Part shown: positions 61,158 to 64,000 of the stretch, one piece after another
Layout: every line of letters starts with the position of its first letter
Position numbering within the stretch: the stretch's first letter is position 1
Assembly (NCBI GenBank): GCA_964016885.1
Contig: OZ024741.1
Coordinates: 147,932,001-147,996,000 of the forward strand
From: Eledone cirrhosa
Taxonomy: Eukaryota
Direction: 5' to 3'
Length of the DNA stretch: 64,000 nucleotides
The notes under the pieces: model-generated
Told to the model about the DNA's origin: nothing
Database searches by the model: none
Seen by the model: the letters and a program-made list of their open reading frames with translations, nothing else
Translations under genes and position numbers: made by a program

Positions 61158-64000
61158 GTTCTCGTCAGCGAAGTCCTCGGCCAGAGAGGTCGAACAAGAC
61201 GTTGCTTGTCGCTGGCAATTGTCTGTGGGAAAGCTCTTGCGGTCTTGTCCGTGGGGCGCAACTCCAACACCGCCACGCCCTGCGCCCAGAGCCCATCATC
61301 TTCCTCTTCCCTCTTCCATTTTCTTTTACCCTAGAGCCCTTGCTTTTCCCTTCCTTTTCCGTTTTTAAATATTCTAAAGTTATTTTCACTGAAGAAGAAA
61401 GTAAAAATAATTGTTTCTACTTTTGGCACAAGGCCAGCAATTACCCAGTACATTACTGGTACTTTATTTTATCGACCCCGTTAGGATGAAAGGCAAAGTT
61501 AACCTCGACTGGATTTGAACTCAGACCAAAAAAAGTAAAAATAGTCATGTGTTAACTATATTGACGTAATCTGCGAGAGTAATGCGTAAAGTTTCAAACA
61601 GATTCTTTCATTAAAAAGTTGATACACAGCGTTCTCTATTTGTGATTCAACCAGATATTTTCGAAGCTGCAAGAACTAATTCAAAAATTTGGAGAAAGAA
61701 AAAAAAATGGATGAAAACCTTAATCCCCTCTACTGTGATAAGAGATTAGAGGAGTTAAATGCTGGACATGTGAATGTTTTGTTTCCAGTATTAATGTATC
61801 TGGTAATTATTATGATGCTGGGATCAGTTGGAAATATCATAGTAGCTTATATATACTATTTTAAATTTGAGAAAAATACCACAAATTTGTTCATTGTAGC
61901 GCTTTCGATGTGTGATTTTTTTACTTGTACAATATGCATTACATCGGAAATTGTGTATCTACATTATTCATATACATTTTTCAGTAATGCTGCTTGCCGC
62001 CTCATGCGTTATACTGTTGGTCTAATGGTAATCACTTCAGCATTTATTGTATTGGTTATAGCACTTAATAGATACTCACTTGTGTGTCGACCTCTTAAAA
62101 AACAAATTTCTCAAAAGCAGTCAAAGATAATCATACTATGTTTACCAATCCTCGCCGGTATAATGAACCTGCCAATACCTTTTACATACAGCGCACAAAA
62201 TGTGGAGGTAACAGGCTGTGGAAATATTGGAAGTAGGTGTAGCCTCACTGACAATTTGCGCGGTTCACCCTTTGTAGTATTCTATTATGGTTTATTGTTG
62301 TTTATTTTTATTTCTCTGTTTGTTTTTCTCATGATAATTTATATCATAATTTCAATACGTATTCAGACGTTTTCCATCAGGATGGAAAATAGAACCATAG
62401 AATCAGAAACTGAAAGTACTATTGCTTCTGGAACTAATACAGGTATTAAACGACTGAGGAAGCGTTCATTGAACCCATCTAAAACCAATAAACTTTTGTT
62501 CACCATCACTTTCATCTGGATTATGAGTTATTTACCTCACCTATTTACCGCAATATTCTGGAAGAAGGACGAAAAAACTTTCATTGAGACCCAACCAGCT
62601 GAAGATATTGTAATTTATAGGTTATTAATGTATTCTGTTTACTTTAATTGTGCTTTAAACCCATTTTTTTATGGAATTTTTAATACGAGGTTTCGTAGTG
62701 AACTACTGCAAATATTACACGTTAATACATTAATAACATAGTGAATTTCTTGAAAATAACTACAAAAGATCTCAGAATGTACTGTAACAAAAGTAAGCAA
62801 AAAGGGTTGTTGGTTATATGAGAGAATGTATGAATTACAAGTGAATTATGTAAGGTTAGTCTTCGAAAAAATTATAGAAAGAAAGAGTTGTGTATGAATG
62901 CGATGTGTGTGTGTTTTGTTCGTGTGTATGAATGCGATGTGAGTGGGTTTTTTTTTTTTTTGCTTTTGTTTTTTCGTGTGTATGAATGCGAGACTAACGG
63001 AGGATACGGATGTTATCCTACCACCCTGCTCGATTGGCTTTACCCGTAAAATCTCTCCTGTAATTATTTCCTTAACTTTCTAACCACATTACCCAAATGG
63101 CAAATATCCTTTGGATGGTTGCTTGTTTCCTGCATTTGTACAAAGTCTGCACTGGCTAATTCCCAGGATACGCTATATCTAACATGAGCAGAATAACATC
63201 AAACAAAAGGGGAGTAAACTTGCCACAAACAAACAAAACGTAAATATATACCCGTAAAATCTCAGGTTTTTCACACATCTATCTCGACAAACACTCGTAA
63301 TAAGGAGCCAATGCAACATATGCTAAGATACTAGAAAATGAAATCAACAATGAGAAGTAGTCTCTTCTGTATGAATGAGAGCTACTTTTCATCACATACA
63401 TAGCCAGAAATTTACTACGGGTTGTAGTAAATTCTATTAAAAATATGTATCTGATATGATGAAGCAATAAAGAAGTTTTGATTTATTTTTCTAATGAAGA
63501 AAAAATCGGTTCGGTACAATGTTATTTTCACACTTGTCTTGTTGATTGGTTTTGTTAGAATTTTGAAGGTGAGATTTGCTTTTACTATGATTTAAAAAAT
63601 GTAATTTATACGAATATGGACTTGAAAACCATCGTAAATTATTCGTTTTCTGTGGTTTCACGTCGAAGAATTCCATCTAAGAGACGGTGTAATAATGAAG
63701 ATTTGCCTAAAATCTTTCATTGCATTTGACAATTTTTGCGAGGAATTGCCAAAAGGTTTAAATATGTCCTATTTTAGCCATTGTGTTCTCATTGTTACTA
63801 TATGTACATCAAATCTTCAATTATTTCTCAAATTATCAATACAAGTGTTTTGCAAAACAAACTATCATAAACCAATCTTCTCCAACCAGATCTACTCTCT
63901 GCCTCATCTTCCCAATCCTCAACACTAGTACTAAGTGTCTTCAGGGTGCCTTTGACAACATCCGTGAAACATTTCTTGGGTTTCTGTCTGGGACGTTGAT
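61158..64000 (+). repeat. Tandem segmental duplication unit D (partial, continues past the window)
   Basis: Nearly identical to 46858-49700 at offset 14,300. Confidence 0.92.
61707..62741 (+). CDS. Class A GPCR, copy 4, 344 aa
   Basis: Intact ORF, six substitutions from copy 3. Confidence 0.92.
   Translation: MDENLNPLYCDKRLEELNAGHVNVLFPVLMYLVIIMMLGSVGNIIVAYIYYFKFEKNTTNLFIVALSMCDFFTCTICITSEIVYLHYSYTFFSNAACRLMRYTVGLMVITSAFIVLVIALNRYSLVCRPLKKQISQKQSKIIILCLPILAGIMNLPIPFTYSAQNVEVTGCGNIGSRCSLTDNLRGSPFVVFYYGLLLFIFISLFVFLMIIYIIISIRIQTFSIRMENRTIESETESTIASGTNTGIKRLRKRSLNPSKTNKLLFTITFIWIMSYLPHLFTAIFWKKDEKTFIETQPAEDIVIYRLLMYSVYFNCALNPFFYGIFNTRFRSELLQILHVNTLIT

Overview
AT-rich, microsatellite- and transposon-dense eukaryotic DNA. 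The repeat families resemble those of cephalopods/octopus; this is an inference, not a database result. Positions 1-14.7 kb are a transposon cluster: two decayed Helitron Rep-Hel regions, short non-autonomous Helitron ends, a 5'-truncated RTE LINE with three C2H2 fingers, a Penelope-like GIY-YIG fragment, SINEs, a 200-N gap and a perfect 21-bp palindrome. From about 14.76 kb to the window end is a head-to-tail tandem segmental duplication with ATG-to-ATG spacings of 18,673, 13,373 and 14,300 bp. Each unit carries one intact, single-exon class A (rhodopsin-like) GPCR ORF embedded in shared TE debris (RTE, mariner, Gypsy, PHD-bearing CRE-like elements, a 39-bp minisatellite). The main signal is that the four receptors diverge strongly and almost only by amino-acid change in TM3-ECL2-TM5/ECL3, while the intracellular segments and flanking non-coding DNA are nearly identical. 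This pattern suggests a young, diversifying (possibly chemosensory) GPCR array reshuffled by unequal crossover or gene conversion.
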